A DNA stretch of 64,000 nt from an uncultured Mycoplasma sp. (GCA_964616405.1 CAZTRE010000003.1:201-64200), one strand, 5' to 3'. Positions 19,546-31,160 are shown, counted from the stretch's first letter. Program-made: numbers and translations. The notes: generated by a model not told the origin, from the letters alone.

Positions 19546-22359
19546 ATGGATAAAATTATAATAAAAGGTGCACGCGAAAATAATTTAAAAAACATAGATA
19601 TAGAACTTCCTAAAAACAAAATGATTGTTATGACAGGTCTATCAGGTAGTGGAAAATCTTCTTTAGCATTTGATACTATTTACGCTGAAGGACAACGACG
19701 TTATGTTGAAAGTTTATCTGCCTATGCTAGACAATTTTTAGGTGGTTCAGAAAAACCAGACGTTGATAGTATTGAAGGCTTATCTCCGGCCATTAGTATT
19801 GATCAAAAGACTACATCTAATAATCCTCGTTCAACCGTAGGAACGGTAACAGAGATATATGATTATTTAAGACTTTTATTTGCCCGTGTTGGAGTGCCAT
19901 ACTGTCCTAATCACAATGTTCCGATAACTTCCCAAAGCGTAGAGGAAATGACTGACAAAGTTTTAGAATATGGTGAAGGTACTAAAACCATTATTATGGC
20001 TCCGGTTGTTCATGGTGAAAAAGGTAGTCACAAAGAGTTACTTGAAAAACTTCGTAAAGAAGGCTATGTCAGAATTAGAGTTAACAATGAAATGGTTGAT
20101 TTAAGCGAAGAGATCGAACTTGATAAGAATAAGAAGGACAATATTGATGTTGTAATTGATCGTGTTGTTGTTAAAGAAGACTCTCATAGTCGTATTTTTG
20201 AAGCTATTGAGGCCGCAACAAAATTAGCCGAAGGGAAAGTTGTAGTTCAAATATTAGGAGAAAATGCTAAAGAAGTAATTTTCTCAGAACAATTTGCTTG
20301 TCCTCGTTGTGATTTTTCTTTAGGGGAATTAGAACCTCGTATATTTAGTTTTAATGCTCCATATGGTGCTTGCCCAGATTGTAAAGGATTAGGAATAAAA
20401 TTACAAATAGATCCAGATTTATTAATTCCCGATCAAACGCTTTCTATTGCTGACGGTTGTATAAAAACATTAACTGATGATCCAGAGGGGTTAGACTATA
20501 AGAAACTAGAGTGTTTATGTAAACATTATAAGATAAGTATGACTAAACCTTGGAAAAGCTTAACTCAACATCAACAAAATGTTATATTATATGGTTCAGA
20601 TGAAATAATCAATTTCTCATACAAATCAAAAAGTGGTAATAGTTATCATAGTAAAGATTTCTATGAAGGAATCATTAATAACCTAGAACGTCGATATGTT
20701 GAAACTAGTTCTTCATGGGTACGCGATTGGTTAGAAAATTATATGGTCGAATATGAATGTGATACCTGTAAAGGTGCCAGATTAAAAGAAGAAGTGCTTT
20801 CAGTAAAAGTAGCAGGTAAAAATATTTATGAAATAACATGTATGAGTATTAAAGACATATTAAAGTTCTTTAAGAATCTAACTTTATCAGAAGAAAAACG
20901 CCAGATTGCTAACTTAGTTTTAAAGGAAATAAATGAACGCTTGAGTTTCTTATCTAATGTTGGGTTAGAATATTTGACTTTAAACAGAAGTGCTGGAACT
21001 TTATCTGGAGGAGAAGCTCAACGTATTCGTCTTGCAACTCAAATAGGTTCTCATTTAACAGGTGTTTTATATGTTCTAGATGAACCAAGTATTGGCTTGC
21101 ATCAAAGAGATAATGAAAAGTTAATTAAATCAATGCAAGAAATGCGTGATTTAGGTAATACCTTAATTGTTGTCGAACATGATACAGATACTATGCTAGC
21201 TTGCGACTATTTAGTAGATATTGGTCCTGGAGCTGGAGATAGAGGTGGCTATATCGTTGCGGAAGGTACACCAGAAGAAGTTATGAAAAATGAAGAAAGT
21301 ATTACAGGACAATACTTAAGTGGAAAAAAGTGCATTGAAATTCCAAAATCAAGAAGAAAAGGCAGCAAAAAATATATAAAAATCAAAGGTGCAGCCGAAA
21401 ATAATTTAAAGAATATTAATGTAGATATTCCTCTTGGAACCTTTACTTGTATTACAGGTGTTTCCGGAAGTGGAAAAAGTAGCTTAATAAATGAAATATT
21501 ATGTAAGGCGGTTTCTAAACATTTATACAATACAAAGGATAAGCCAGGCAAATATGATAAAATCTTAGGAATGGACAATCTTGATAAAATAGTTGCTATT
21601 TCCCAAAATCCAATCGGAAGAACCCCAAGATCAAATCCTGCTACGTACACAGGTGTCTTTGATGATATTAGAACTTTATTCACCACAACGAAAGAAGCAA
21701 AAATGTATGGTTTTGAAAAAAATAGATTTTCTTTCAATGTAAAAGGTGGTCGTTGTGAAGCCTGCCGCGGTGATGGAGTTAAGAAAATAGAAATGCATTT
21801 TTTACCAGATGTTTATGTACCTTGTGAGGTTTGCCACGGAACTAGATATAATCGAGAAACACTAAACATAAAATATAAGGGGAAAAATATTGCAGAAGTA
21901 CTAGATATGCGAGTTACCGAAGCTCTAGAATTTTTTGATAATGTTCCAAAAATTAAACACAAGTTACAAGTTTTAGAAGAAGTTGGTCTAGGCTATATTA
22001 AATTAGGTCAAAGTGCCCCAACATTATCTGGAGGAGAGGCCGAACGTGTTAAATTAGCTAAGGAACTTCAACGTAAGGCAACAGGAAAAACACTATTTGT
22101 TTTAGATGAACCAACTACCGGTTTACATGTTGATGATATTAAACGTTTACTTGTAATTTTACAAAAAATAGTAGATAATAAAGATACGGTAGTAGTGATC
22201 GAACATAATCTAGATGTTATTAAAGTAGCAGATTATATAATTGACTTAGGTCCAGAAGGTGGAGACGGGGGAGGAACTATCGTCGCAACTGGAACACCAG
22301 AGGAAGTCGCTAAAGTAAAAGAATCATATACAGGGCAGTTCTTAAAGAAAATCTTATAG
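19546..22359 (+). CDS. uvrA: excinuclease ABC subunit A
   Basis: 937 aa. Two ABC ATPase modules (GLSGSGKSSL and GVSGSGKSSL) and zinc-finger Cys clusters. Confidence 0.95.
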   Translation: MDKIIIKGARENNLKNIDIELPKNKMIVMTGLSGSGKSSLAFDTIYAEGQRRYVESLSAYARQFLGGSEKPDVDSIEGLSPAISIDQKTTSNNPRSTVGTVTEIYDYLRLLFARVGVPYCPNHNVPITSQSVEEMTDKVLEYGEGTKTIIMAPVVHGEKGSHKELLEKLRKEGYVRIRVNNEMVDLSEEIELDKNKKDNIDVVIDRVVVKEDSHSRIFEAIEAATKLAEGKVVVQILGENAKEVIFSEQFACPRCDFSLGELEPRIFSFNAPYGACPDCKGLGIKLQIDPDLLIPDQTLSIADGCIKTLTDDPEGLDYKKLECLCKHYKISMTKPWKSLTQHQQNVILYGSDEIINFSYKSKSGNSYHSKDFYEGIINNLERRYVETSSSWVRDWLENYMVEYECDTCKGARLKEEVLSVKVAGKNIYEITCMSIKDILKFFKNLTLSEEKRQIANLVLKEINERLSFLSNVGLEYLTLNRSAGTLSGGEAQRIRLATQIGSHLTGVLYVLDEPSIGLHQRDNEKLIKSMQEMRDLGNTLIVVEHDTDTMLACDYLVDIGPGAGDRGGYIVAEGTPEEVMKNEESITGQYLSGKKCIEIPKSRRKGSKKYIKIKGAAENNLKNINVDIPLGTFTCITGVSGSGKSSLINEILCKAVSKHLYNTKDKPGKYDKILGMDNLDKIVAISQNPIGRTPRSNPATYTGVFDDIRTLFTTTKEAKMYGFEKNRFSFNVKGGRCEACRGDGVKKIEMHFLPDVYVPCEVCHGTRYNRETLNIKYKGKNIAEVLDMRVTEALEFFDNVPKIKHKLQVLEEVGLGYIKLGQSAPTLSGGEAERVKLAKELQRKATGKTLFVLDEPTTGLHVDDIKRLLVILQKIVDNKDTVVVIEHNLDVIKVADYIIDLGPEGGDGGGTIVATGTPEEVAKVKESYTGQFLKKIL

Positions 22360-22375
22360 GAATGAGGTAAATAAA

Positions 22376-23209
22376 ATGAATAGAGTAATGCTAGATTTAG
22401 GTTTCATTCAAATATATTGGTATTCTATCTTTATTTTCTTAGGTATGTTAGTTGCCTGTATTGTAATTTATAAAGAAGCAAAGCGCCGAAATATAGATGA
22501 TGAATTTTTAGTAGACTTGACATTTAATACCTTAATATTAGGAATAATTGGTGCAAGATTATACTATGTAGCTTTCAATATTGATTATTATTTAGCTCAT
22601 CCAATAGAAATATTTGAAATATGGAATGGTGGCTTAGCCATTCATGGAGGATTATTTGCCGGTCTAATTACAGTGTTACTTTATTGTAAATCAAAAAAAG
22701 TCAATGTCATGCGAATGTTAGATATAATTGTAGTTGGTGTAATCATAGGTCAAGCTATAGGACGTTGGGGAAATTTTTTCAATCAAGAGGCCTATGGAGC
22801 CATAACTTCTTTAGAAGTTTTAAAAGCCCAGCCTATTCCTAATTTTGTAATTGAAGGTATGTATATTTTAGGTACTTACCATCAACCAACATTTTTTTAC
22901 GAATCGATTTGCTGTCTAATTGGCTTTTTCTTTTTAATAATATTAAGAAACTTCAAGAATTTGAAAAGAGGAACTTTAACCGCCACTTACTTAATATGGT
23001 ACGGAGTACTACGATTCTTTATTGAAGGAATGCGCAGTGACTCGTTGATGTTAGGTCCATTAAAAATAGCTCAACTAGTATCAATCTCGTTTGTACTTAT
23101 TGGCATTATAATAATTATTAATAATATCCGCAGAGGAAAAGATGAAAGGTATTTATATTGCACGGATCCCCAAACAGTTAATAATGAGCAAATCGTATAT
23201 TTTAAATAG
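22376..23209 (+). CDS. lgt: prolipoprotein diacylglyceryl transferase
   Basis: 277 aa polytopic protein with the Lgt signature (IYWYSIFIF...GARLYYV...WNGGLAIHGG). Confidence 0.85.
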   Translation: MNRVMLDLGFIQIYWYSIFIFLGMLVACIVIYKEAKRRNIDDEFLVDLTFNTLILGIIGARLYYVAFNIDYYLAHPIEIFEIWNGGLAIHGGLFAGLITVLLYCKSKKVNVMRMLDIIVVGVIIGQAIGRWGNFFNQEAYGAITSLEVLKAQPIPNFVIEGMYILGTYHQPTFFYESICCLIGFFFLIILRNFKNLKRGTLTATYLIWYGVLRFFIEGMRSDSLMLGPLKIAQLVSISFVLIGIIIIINNIRRGKDERYLYCTDPQTVNNEQIVYFK

Positions 23210-23211
23210 AG

Positions 23212-24171
23212 GTGAATTTAATGAATAAAAAAGTAGTAGTATTTGGAGGAGGAACAGGAATATCTTATTTATTAAGAGGACTAAAAAATTTTCCTGTTGA
23301 TATAACCGCCGTCATTACAACATCCGATAATGGACGTTCAACAGGGCGTTTAAGAGAAGAATTTCATACTCCCGCAGTAGGAGATATTAGAAAAGTAATA
23401 ACTTCTTTATCTGGAATAGATGAACCAATTAAAAGGATGATGGAATATCGTTTTAATACATCAAGCGACTTAGATGGTCATGCCGTAGGTAATTTAATTT
23501 TAACTGCAATGTTAGATATGAATGGTTCCCTAAAAGATTCCATCAGTTATTTAAGCAAGTTATTAGATGTAAGACACACAGTCTTACCGATTTCTGAAGA
23601 TTCAAATCTTACTCTTATGGCTGAAGATTATGAAGGTAATATTATTGAAGGAGAACATCAAATAACAAGTGCTCATCGTCAATTTAAAAGAATCTTTTAT
23701 AAAGATGAACCAAAGGTATTGCCAGAAGTATTAAAAGCCATAAATGAGGCAGATCTACTTATATTAAGTATGGGAAGTTTATATACCAGTGTTTTGCCAA
23801 ATGTTCTATGTAAAGAAGTAAAAGAAGCCTTAGGAAAAACAAAAGCCCCGATTATGTATTTATGTAATGTAGTAACACAACCTGGTGAAACAGATAAATT
23901 CACAGTTGGTGACCACGTTGAATTAATAAATAGATACCTAGAAACTAGAAAGTTAGATGCAGTTATCGCAAGTAATACAAAAATTGATAAAGAAATTGCG
24001 AAAAAGTATTATACAGAGGAACAAAAAGATCCAGTGCCAATTGATCATAAAAAACTAAAAGAATTAGGAGTAGAACTAATCGAGGATGATCTTATTATTA
24101 TTGAAGACAATATTTTAAGACATAATAGTCTGAAATTAAGTTCCCTAATCTTCTCATATTTAGTTAGATAA
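23212..24171 (+). CDS. yvcK: YvcK/UPF0052 gluconeogenesis-factor family protein (CofD-like)
   Basis: VVVFGGGTG...DNGRSTGRLR motifs; 319 aa. Confidence 0.8.
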   Translation: MNLMNKKVVVFGGGTGISYLLRGLKNFPVDITAVITTSDNGRSTGRLREEFHTPAVGDIRKVITSLSGIDEPIKRMMEYRFNTSSDLDGHAVGNLILTAMLDMNGSLKDSISYLSKLLDVRHTVLPISEDSNLTLMAEDYEGNIIEGEHQITSAHRQFKRIFYKDEPKVLPEVLKAINEADLLILSMGSLYTSVLPNVLCKEVKEALGKTKAPIMYLCNVVTQPGETDKFTVGDHVELINRYLETRKLDAVIASNTKIDKEIAKKYYTEEQKDPVPIDHKKLKELGVELIEDDLIIIEDNILRHNSLKLSSLIFSYLVR

Positions 24172-25103
24172 TGTCATATACAACTCGTATAAAAGAAGAA
24201 ATAGCTAGTATTGAAACCACTCAATCTGAAACAATTGCTGAACTAGCTGGCTTCATCCGAAATAATGGCACAATTACAAATAATACAATTGCACTAACTA
24301 CAGAAAATAGAAAAACAGTTGAAAGAATAAAAAATTTCTTAAAAACAGAATATGAAATAGAGTTAAAAACAGAAACAAAAGACAATGTTAATTTTAGTAA
24401 AAAAGAACTTATTGTTATGTCCATTGATACCAAAGTAGATAAGATTCTTAAAGATATAGGTTATATTGATAACAATAAAAACATTCTTTTAACGCCCCCA
24501 ACTTATATAGTAGGAGCTAATGAAGAAATAAGAGCTTATTTAAGAGGGGTATTCCTATGTTGTGGAAGTATCAACGATCCAAAGACTTCACGATATCATA
24601 TGGAATTGTTAATCTCTACTCCAGAAGAAGCGGTTTTTGTTCAAAAACTATTAAATGTTTTTGACTTAAATGCCAAAATACTAAATCGTGATAAAGGATA
24701 CATGATTTACTTAAAAGAAGCAGAAAAAATTAGTGATTATATAAAAATACTAGGAGCTAATAATGCCGTTATGTATTTTGAAAATGTTCGTATTTATCGT
24801 GATCAAAAGAACAAAACTAATCGTCTAAATAACTGCGAACAAGCAAATATTGATCGTGTTGTCGCAACCGCAACAAATCAGTTAGAACAGATTAGAATTA
24901 TTGAAGAAACTTCAAGTTTAGAATTACTTGATGATAAAACAAGAGAAACTCTAGAGTATCGAAAAAAATATCCCGAGGCTTCTTTAAAAGAGTTATCAGA
25001 AATAATTTCTCTTGAAACGGCTAAACCAATAACGAAGTCAGGTCTAAATCACAGATTAAGAAAAATAAAAGAATTAGCTGACAGACTAAGCAAAAATAAA
25101 TAG
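24171..25103 (+). CDS. whiA: DNA-binding protein WhiA
   Basis: 310 aa with LAGLIDADG-like domains and a C-terminal HTH. In conserved synteny after yvcK. Confidence 0.8.
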   Translation: MSYTTRIKEEIASIETTQSETIAELAGFIRNNGTITNNTIALTTENRKTVERIKNFLKTEYEIELKTETKDNVNFSKKELIVMSIDTKVDKILKDIGYIDNNKNILLTPPTYIVGANEEIRAYLRGVFLCCGSINDPKTSRYHMELLISTPEEAVFVQKLLNVFDLNAKILNRDKGYMIYLKEAEKISDYIKILGANNAVMYFENVRIYRDQKNKTNRLNNCEQANIDRVVATATNQLEQIRIIEETSSLELLDDKTRETLEYRKKYPEASLKELSEIISLETAKPITKSGLNHRLRKIKELADRLSKNK

Positions 25104-25124
25104 AACTACGAAAATAACATAGTT

Positions 25125-25700
25125 CTATTTTTTTATAATTTTATCCACAAGTCCATACTTCAATGCCTCATCTGCTGATAAATAATTATCTCGTTCTGTA
25201 TCTTTTTCAATTTTACTTAGAGCTTTTCCAGTGTTTTTAGCTAGTATTTTATTAAGTTTACTTTTTAAACCTAAGATTCGATCTGCCGCAATTTTAATAT
25301 CTGTAGCTTGGCCCTCAGCTCCACCTAGAGGTTGATGAATCATGACGTCAGCATTTGGTAAAATATATCTTTTTCCACATGCCCCACTCGATAATAAAAA
25401 GGCTGCCATACTAGCTGCCATCCCAATACAAATTGTTGAAACATCACTTTTTACAAAATTCATCGTATCGTAAATAGCCATTCCAGAAGTAATAACTCCT
25501 CCTGGAGAATTAATATAAATAGAAATATCATCGTGACTTATAGAATCCAAGTATAATAATTCTGCAATAACACTATTAGCTAAAGTGTCATTAATTTCTC
25601 CACTAATAAAAATAATTCGCTCTTTTAAAAGTCTTGAAAAAATATCATAGCTTCTTTCTCCTTGAATATCCTTATCTACAACAACTGGTACTAAGTTCAT
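25125..25700 (-). CDS. clpP: ATP-dependent Clp protease proteolytic subunit
   Basis: 191 aa. ClpP catalytic triad context ([15 protein letters not shown]). Confidence 0.9.
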   Translation of the reverse strand: MNLVPVVVDKDIQGERSYDIFSRLLKERIIFISGEINDTLANSVIAELLYLDSISHDDISIYINSPGGVITSGMAIYDTMNFVKSDVSTICIGMAASMAAFLLSSGACGKRYILPNADVMIHQPLGGAEGQATDIKIAADRILGLKSKLNKILAKNTGKALSKIEKDTERDNYLSADEALKYGLVDKIIKK

Positions 25701-25782
25701 ATAATCACCTACCTATACATAGTATAATGTAAAATACGCAAAATATTCATGTAATAAATAGACATATTATGCTATACTTAAT

Positions 25783-27465
25783 ATGAGAAAATATAGAGGG
25801 GTGCATATTGTGATAGAAACAATTGAAGCAAAAGTAAATGGTAAAATTTATAATTTTAGTAAAGAAATAACTCTTCAGGAAATAGCAAACGAAATTGGGT
25901 TAAAAAGAAAATACCCAATTATTTTAGCTCGTGTAAATAATCAATATAAAGAACTTACATCAACTTTAAAAGAAAATTCAGAAATAGAATTTTTAGATTT
26001 AACAGATAGAGAAGCTAATCGTTGTCATGTAAATGGACTTGTTTATATGTTGGTTTATGCTATAAAAAAGTTATATGGAAAAACTGCCGATATTGTAGTT
26101 CAACATTCTCTAGATAAAGGCATATATATTGAAACTTCATTTCGTTTAACGGAAGTAAAGCTTAATGCTATTAAAGAGGCTATGAAGACAATTATTGAAG
26201 CCGATATGCCCATCACTAAAGTAACAATTGATCGACTAGAAGCTATAAAATACTTTGAGAGTATAAATGATTATTCTAAAGCAGGAGTAATGACCTATAA
26301 TACAAATAGTTATATAACTTTATATAGATTAGGAAACTTATATGACTATTTTTATAGTTCTATGGCTCCATCAACTGGTTGTTTAAAGGATTTTGATTTA
26401 ACATATATAAAAGATAATGGCTTTGTTTTACGTTTCCCAACTATCTATATAAATGATAAAATTAAAAAATATGAACATCATTCTAATGTATTTAAAGTAT
26501 TTAAAGAGACTAGAGATTGGGCAAAACTAATTCATATTGAAACATCCTCTGATTTAAATAAAGTTGTTTCAACTGGTAAAATAAGTGAATTAATTAAAAT
26601 TGATGAGACTCTTCAAAGTAATAAATTATTAACTGTTGCGAGAGAAATTAACGATCGTAAAAATAAAGTTAAAATAATCTTAGTAGCCGGTCCGTCATCA
26701 TCAGGAAAAACAACAACTACCAGAAAATTATGTATGTACTTAAAGAGCTTCGGAATAACACCACACGTTATCTCAATGGATGACTATTTTGTTGATAAGA
26801 AAGATACACCACTAGATGAATATGGTAACCCAGACTATGAATGTCTTGAGGCTGTGGACATCAAATTATTTGATAAACAAATGGCTAGCCTAATGAAAGG
26901 TGAGAAAGTTTTACTACCTACATTCAATTTTACTTTAGGAATAAAAGAATATAAAAAAGAGCTTCAATTAGCTGATAAAAATATTTTATTAATTGAAGGA
27001 ATTCATGGCTTAGATAGTAAAATTTTAACTAATATTCCTCGTGAAAATAAATATAAAATTTATATTTCGGCTTTAACTGAATTAAATATGGATTATCATA
27101 ATCGAATTTGTACCAGTGATAACCGACTTTTAAGAAGAATAGTTCGTGATAATAGGACCCGTAATTACCGCATAGAACATACATTATCTTTATGGGCAAG
27201 TGTTCGTCGTGGTGAAGAAAAATACATTTTCCCTTACCAAGATGAAGCTGACGCTACTATAAATTCTGCAGCTATTTATGAAATAGGCGTATTAAAAACT
27301 TATGCTGAACCATTGCTATACTCAGTGCCAACAGATTCTCCATACTATGAAGAAGCAAGAAGACTGCTAAATTTCTTACGACTTTTCTTACCAATCCCTG
27401 CCGATGCAATACCAGAAGATGCAATTATTAGAGAATTTATTGGTGGAAGTTATTTTCATGAATAA
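25783..27465 (+). CDS. uridine kinase/PRK-family nucleoside kinase with N-terminal TGS-like domain
   Basis: 560 aa. P-loop VAGPSSSGKTTTTRKL in the middle. The N-terminal ~250 aa resembles a TGS/ThrRS-N-like domain. Confidence 0.55.
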   Translation: MRKYRGVHIVIETIEAKVNGKIYNFSKEITLQEIANEIGLKRKYPIILARVNNQYKELTSTLKENSEIEFLDLTDREANRCHVNGLVYMLVYAIKKLYGKTADIVVQHSLDKGIYIETSFRLTEVKLNAIKEAMKTIIEADMPITKVTIDRLEAIKYFESINDYSKAGVMTYNTNSYITLYRLGNLYDYFYSSMAPSTGCLKDFDLTYIKDNGFVLRFPTIYINDKIKKYEHHSNVFKVFKETRDWAKLIHIETSSDLNKVVSTGKISELIKIDETLQSNKLLTVAREINDRKNKVKIILVAGPSSSGKTTTTRKLCMYLKSFGITPHVISMDDYFVDKKDTPLDEYGNPDYECLEAVDIKLFDKQMASLMKGEKVLLPTFNFTLGIKEYKKELQLADKNILLIEGIHGLDSKILTNIPRENKYKIYISALTELNMDYHNRICTSDNRLLRRIVRDNRTRNYRIEHTLSLWASVRRGEEKYIFPYQDEADATINSAAIYEIGVLKTYAEPLLYSVPTDSPYYEEARRLLNFLRLFLPIPADAIPEDAIIREFIGGSYFHE

Positions 27466-27628
27466 AAAATCAAAATAAAAATATTCACAAATTCTGTGGA
27501 TATTTTCTTTTTAATAAAAGCAAGTTGTGGAAAAAAATTTTTACAGTTAGAAGTGTCAAAAAAAATATAATATATTGAAACAAAAAAGAGAAGAATATAT
27601 AATGAAAATATAGGAGGATATATAATAT

Positions 27629-28630
27629 ATGATTAAAGTTGCAATTAATGGATTCGGAAGAATCGGAAGACTTTGTTTCCGTTTAATGGAAGAAAATGAA
27701 GAGTTTGAAGTTGTTGCTATTAATGATTTAACTGATGCAGAACAATTAGCCTATTTATTAAAGTATGATACAAATCACAGAAATTACCGTATTGACGAAA
27801 TTTCTCACGATGGAGAATATATTGTAATAGGAGATCGTCGTGTTCGTGTATATGCTGAAAAAGATCCAGCTATGTTACCATGGAAAGAATTAGATATTGA
27901 CGTTGTATTTGAATGTACAGGTTTATTCACATCTGAAGAAAAAGCTATGGCACATATTACAGCCGGTGCTAAGAAGGTAATTATTTCTGCTCCAGCCAAA
28001 GGTAATATTAAAACAATAGTTTATAATGTAAATCATGAGACATTAACAGGGGATGAACAAATAATTTCCGCAGCTAGTTGTACAACTAACTGTCTAGCTC
28101 CAGTAGTTGATATTTTAGACAAAACTTTTGGAATTAAAAAAGGTTTCATGACAACAGTTCATGCCTATACTAACGATCAAGCATCATTAGATATTGCTCA
28201 TAAAAAAGGAATTAAAGCTCGCCGTGGTAGAGCTTGTGCTGCCAATATTATTCCAGCATCAACTGGTGCAGCAGCAGCTATCGGACTAGTTTGTCCAAAC
28301 TTAGCAGGAAAATTAGATGGAACTGCTATGCGTGTACCTGTACCTACAGGATCAGTAGTTGATCTAACTTTAGAATTAAATAAAAATACCACTGTTGAAG
28401 AAATTAATGCTGCATTAAAGAATGCTCAAAATGAAACGCTTCAATATACTGAAGATCCAATCGTTTCAAGTGATGTAATTGGAAGACGTTGTGGTTCATT
28501 AGTAGATGGTCTTTCTACAACCATATTAGAGGTAGATGGCACTCAATTAGTAAAAGTAGTTTCTTGGTACGATAATGAGATGAGTTATACTGCCCAAATG
28601 GTTCGTACTGCCAAGTATTTAATGAAGTAG
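27629..28630 (+). CDS. gap: glyceraldehyde-3-phosphate dehydrogenase
   Basis: NGFGRIGR Rossmann motif and ASCTTNCLAP active site; 333 aa. Confidence 0.95.
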   Translation: MIKVAINGFGRIGRLCFRLMEENEEFEVVAINDLTDAEQLAYLLKYDTNHRNYRIDEISHDGEYIVIGDRRVRVYAEKDPAMLPWKELDIDVVFECTGLFTSEEKAMAHITAGAKKVIISAPAKGNIKTIVYNVNHETLTGDEQIISAASCTTNCLAPVVDILDKTFGIKKGFMTTVHAYTNDQASLDIAHKKGIKARRGRACAANIIPASTGAAAAIGLVCPNLAGKLDGTAMRVPVPTGSVVDLTLELNKNTTVEEINAALKNAQNETLQYTEDPIVSSDVIGRRCGSLVDGLSTTILEVDGTQLVKVVSWYDNEMSYTAQMVRTAKYLMK

Positions 28631-28714
28631 TAAAGTAATGACAAGAAAGGAAGTAATTCCTTTTTTTTAGTAAATTTTGATGATATACTTTAATTAAGAC
28701 AGGAGGTTTAGCCA

Positions 28715-29887
28715 ATGAAAACACTAAAAGATTTAAATGTCGATAACAAAAAAGTAATTATTCGATGTGACTTCAATGTCCCACTAAAAGATGGAAAAAT
28801 AGTCGATGATACAAGAATTGTCGCAGCCTTAGAAACAATTAATTATTGTTTAGAAAGAAATGCAAAAGTAATTTTACTATCACATCTAGGCCGTGTAAAA
28901 GAAGAAGCTGATTTAAAGAAGAATAACCTTGCTCCAGTAGCTGTAAGATTAAGTGAATTATTAGGAAAAAAAGTCCTATTTATTAATAAAACTCGTGGAG
29001 AAGAATTAGAAAATGCCGTTGCTGCAATGCAACCAAAAGATGTAATTTTAGTTCAAAATACGAGATATGAAGATTTAGATGGCAAAAAAGAAAGTACAAA
29101 TGATGAAGAACTAGGTAAATATTGGGCATCCCTTGGAGATGTTTTTGTAAATGATGCTTTTGGTACGTCTCATAGAGCTCATGCTTCAAATTATGGAATA
29201 GCTGAACACCTTCCATCAGCCTTCGGGTTTTTAATCGAAAAAGAATTATCAGTTCTAACTCAATTAGATAATCCACCCCATCCATTTGTTGTTGTCTTAG
29301 GTGGCGCTAAGGTTGCTGATAAAATAGGTGTAATTGAAAATTTAGTAACTAAAGCAGACCATATATTAGTCGGTGGAGGAATGGCTTTCACCTTTTTAAA
29401 AGCCAAAGGATATGAAGTAGGTAAATCATTAGTTGATGAAGAAAATATTGCATTCTGTAAAAAGATATTAGCTGATTATGCTGATAAAATAATTTTGCCA
29501 ATTGATACTGCTGTAACTCATGAATATACGAATGATGAAGAATACCGAGTAAAAGCCATCGATTCCATTGCCAAAGATGAAATGGGCCTAGACATTGGCC
29601 CAGTAACAAAGGATTTATTTGCTAACTATTTAAAAAATACCAGTATAGCCGTATGGAATGGACCTTTGGGAGTTTATGAGTTCTCTAAATATAAAAAACA
29701 TACAGATGAATTATTGAAATTCGTTGTTGAAAATAACATTAAAGTAATACTAGGTGGAGGGGATATTGTCGCCGCAGCCGGGGTTGCAGGATATAAATAT
29801 AAAGTTTACCATGCTTCAACCGGTGGGGGAGCTACTTTAGAATACCTAGAAGGCAAATCCTTAATAAAACAAAAAATACAAGAATAA
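28715..29887 (+). CDS. pgk: phosphoglycerate kinase
   Basis: 390 aa with PGK motifs (RCDFNVP, GGGASLE-like GGGATLEYLEG). Confidence 0.95.
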   Translation: MKTLKDLNVDNKKVIIRCDFNVPLKDGKIVDDTRIVAALETINYCLERNAKVILLSHLGRVKEEADLKKNNLAPVAVRLSELLGKKVLFINKTRGEELENAVAAMQPKDVILVQNTRYEDLDGKKESTNDEELGKYWASLGDVFVNDAFGTSHRAHASNYGIAEHLPSAFGFLIEKELSVLTQLDNPPHPFVVVLGGAKVADKIGVIENLVTKADHILVGGGMAFTFLKAKGYEVGKSLVDEENIAFCKKILADYADKIILPIDTAVTHEYTNDEEYRVKAIDSIAKDEMGLDIGPVTKDLFANYLKNTSIAVWNGPLGVYEFSKYKKHTDELLKFVVENNIKVILGGGDIVAAAGVAGYKYKVYHASTGGGATLEYLEGKSLIKQKIQE

Positions 29888-29903
29888 AAGTGGGTGATTT
29901 AAT

Positions 29904-30416
29904 TTGAGTATGGAAAGATTTTTCATTGCTGATCCATATAATGATGAGCACATAAGACTAATCGACGATTTTGAGAAAACTAATGGAATAACAACCGTAA
30001 CTTCAACCCTTTTAAGAAATATTCGTCAGACGAGAACTGAGGAAAGGTATAGGGAAGAAGCTAAGGAAAATAATGAGATTCATCAAAGCCTCTTTCTTCA
30101 GGATGAAAACGCTATAACTGATACCTGCCATGTTCAAGCTGAAAAGGATATGAAATCATGTCGTATTTTCTTTGCCCCTATTGAAACAAGAGGAGATAGA
30201 AAACTAGTAACTTTGGCAACTGATTATGCTTTTGATGTATTAGGAATGGAAGATATTTTTGTAACAATATCAGCGGGTTCTAAGGAACAAATGCTAAGTA
30301 AAAATTTAGAAAATAAAGGTTTTGAAAATCTAGGTGAAGATGGAGGAACCATTACATATTTAAAAGAAAAGGATTTTGTATATGAAAAAGGAATAGGAAA
30401 TGCGAAAACTGCATAA
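29904..30416 (+). CDS. hypothetical protein inserted between pgk and tpiA
   Basis: 170 aa with RBS gtgggtga. Possibly an acyltransferase-like fold, but no firm motif. Confidence 0.4.
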   Translation: MSMERFFIADPYNDEHIRLIDDFEKTNGITTVTSTLLRNIRQTRTEERYREEAKENNEIHQSLFLQDENAITDTCHVQAEKDMKSCRIFFAPIETRGDRKLVTLATDYAFDVLGMEDIFVTISAGSKEQMLSKNLENKGFENLGEDGGTITYLKEKDFVYEKGIGNAKTA

Positions 30417-30450
30417 TCTTCTTTCTTTTTTATACCAATAAGGAAAAAAT

Positions 30451-31152
30451 ATGATAATAGCATTAAATAATAAAAGTAATCTAAATAAACAAGAATTTAT
30501 AAAATATCAAGAAGATTTAAGCACTATTTTGACCACATCAACAGTAATTTTATGCGCTAGTCCTCTAAACATTGCTAATTTTAATTTAACAAATTTTTAT
30601 TTAGGTGCACAAAATGTAAGCAAAGATCCAATTGGCGCTCATACTGGTGAGATAGCTGCTTCACAATTAAAATCATATAAAACATTCTATTGTATCGTTG
30701 GACATTCTGAACGAAGATGTAATCAACAAGAATCTAATGAGGAGATTGCAGAAAAAATCAAGAGATTATATGAAGAAGATATCATTCCAATTTTATGTGT
30801 AGGAGAAACAAAAGAAGAAAGAAATGCCGGTAAAGTTAACCAAGTAATTGAGGAAGAACTTAATATCGCAACTAAAGATTTAACAGAAGAACAAAAGAAT
30901 AGACTAATAATTGCATATGAACCAATTTGGTCCATTGGAACCGGTTTAATCCCAACAAACCAAGAAATTGAAGAGGTATTTCAATTTATTAAATCCCTTT
31001 TTCCATTAACCAAGGTTTTATATGGCGGAAGCGCCAATGAAAATAATATTGATAGTATTAAACAATGTTCGCTAATTGATGGATATTTACTAGGAGGTTT
31101 AAGTTTAAAGCCAAATGCCTTAAAAATATTTATCAAAAAGACAGAAAATTAG
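30451..31152 (+). CDS. tpiA: triose-phosphate isomerase (divergent N-terminus)
   Basis: GHSERR, AYEPIWSIGTG and LYGGS motifs; 233 aa. Confidence 0.8.
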   Translation: MIIALNNKSNLNKQEFIKYQEDLSTILTTSTVILCASPLNIANFNLTNFYLGAQNVSKDPIGAHTGEIAASQLKSYKTFYCIVGHSERRCNQQESNEEIAEKIKRLYEEDIIPILCVGETKEERNAGKVNQVIEEELNIATKDLTEEQKNRLIIAYEPIWSIGTGLIPTNQEIEEVFQFIKSLFPLTKVLYGGSANENNIDSIKQCSLIDGYLLGGLSLKPNALKIFIKKTEN

Positions 31153-31160
31153 ACAAATTA

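Noticed and set aside
21249-21737. 162-aa minus-strand ORF inside uvrA (similarly 17358..17585 inside uvrB, 23697..23903 inside yvcK, 28198..28392 inside gap)
   Set aside because: Antisense to unambiguous conserved genes. No RBS.
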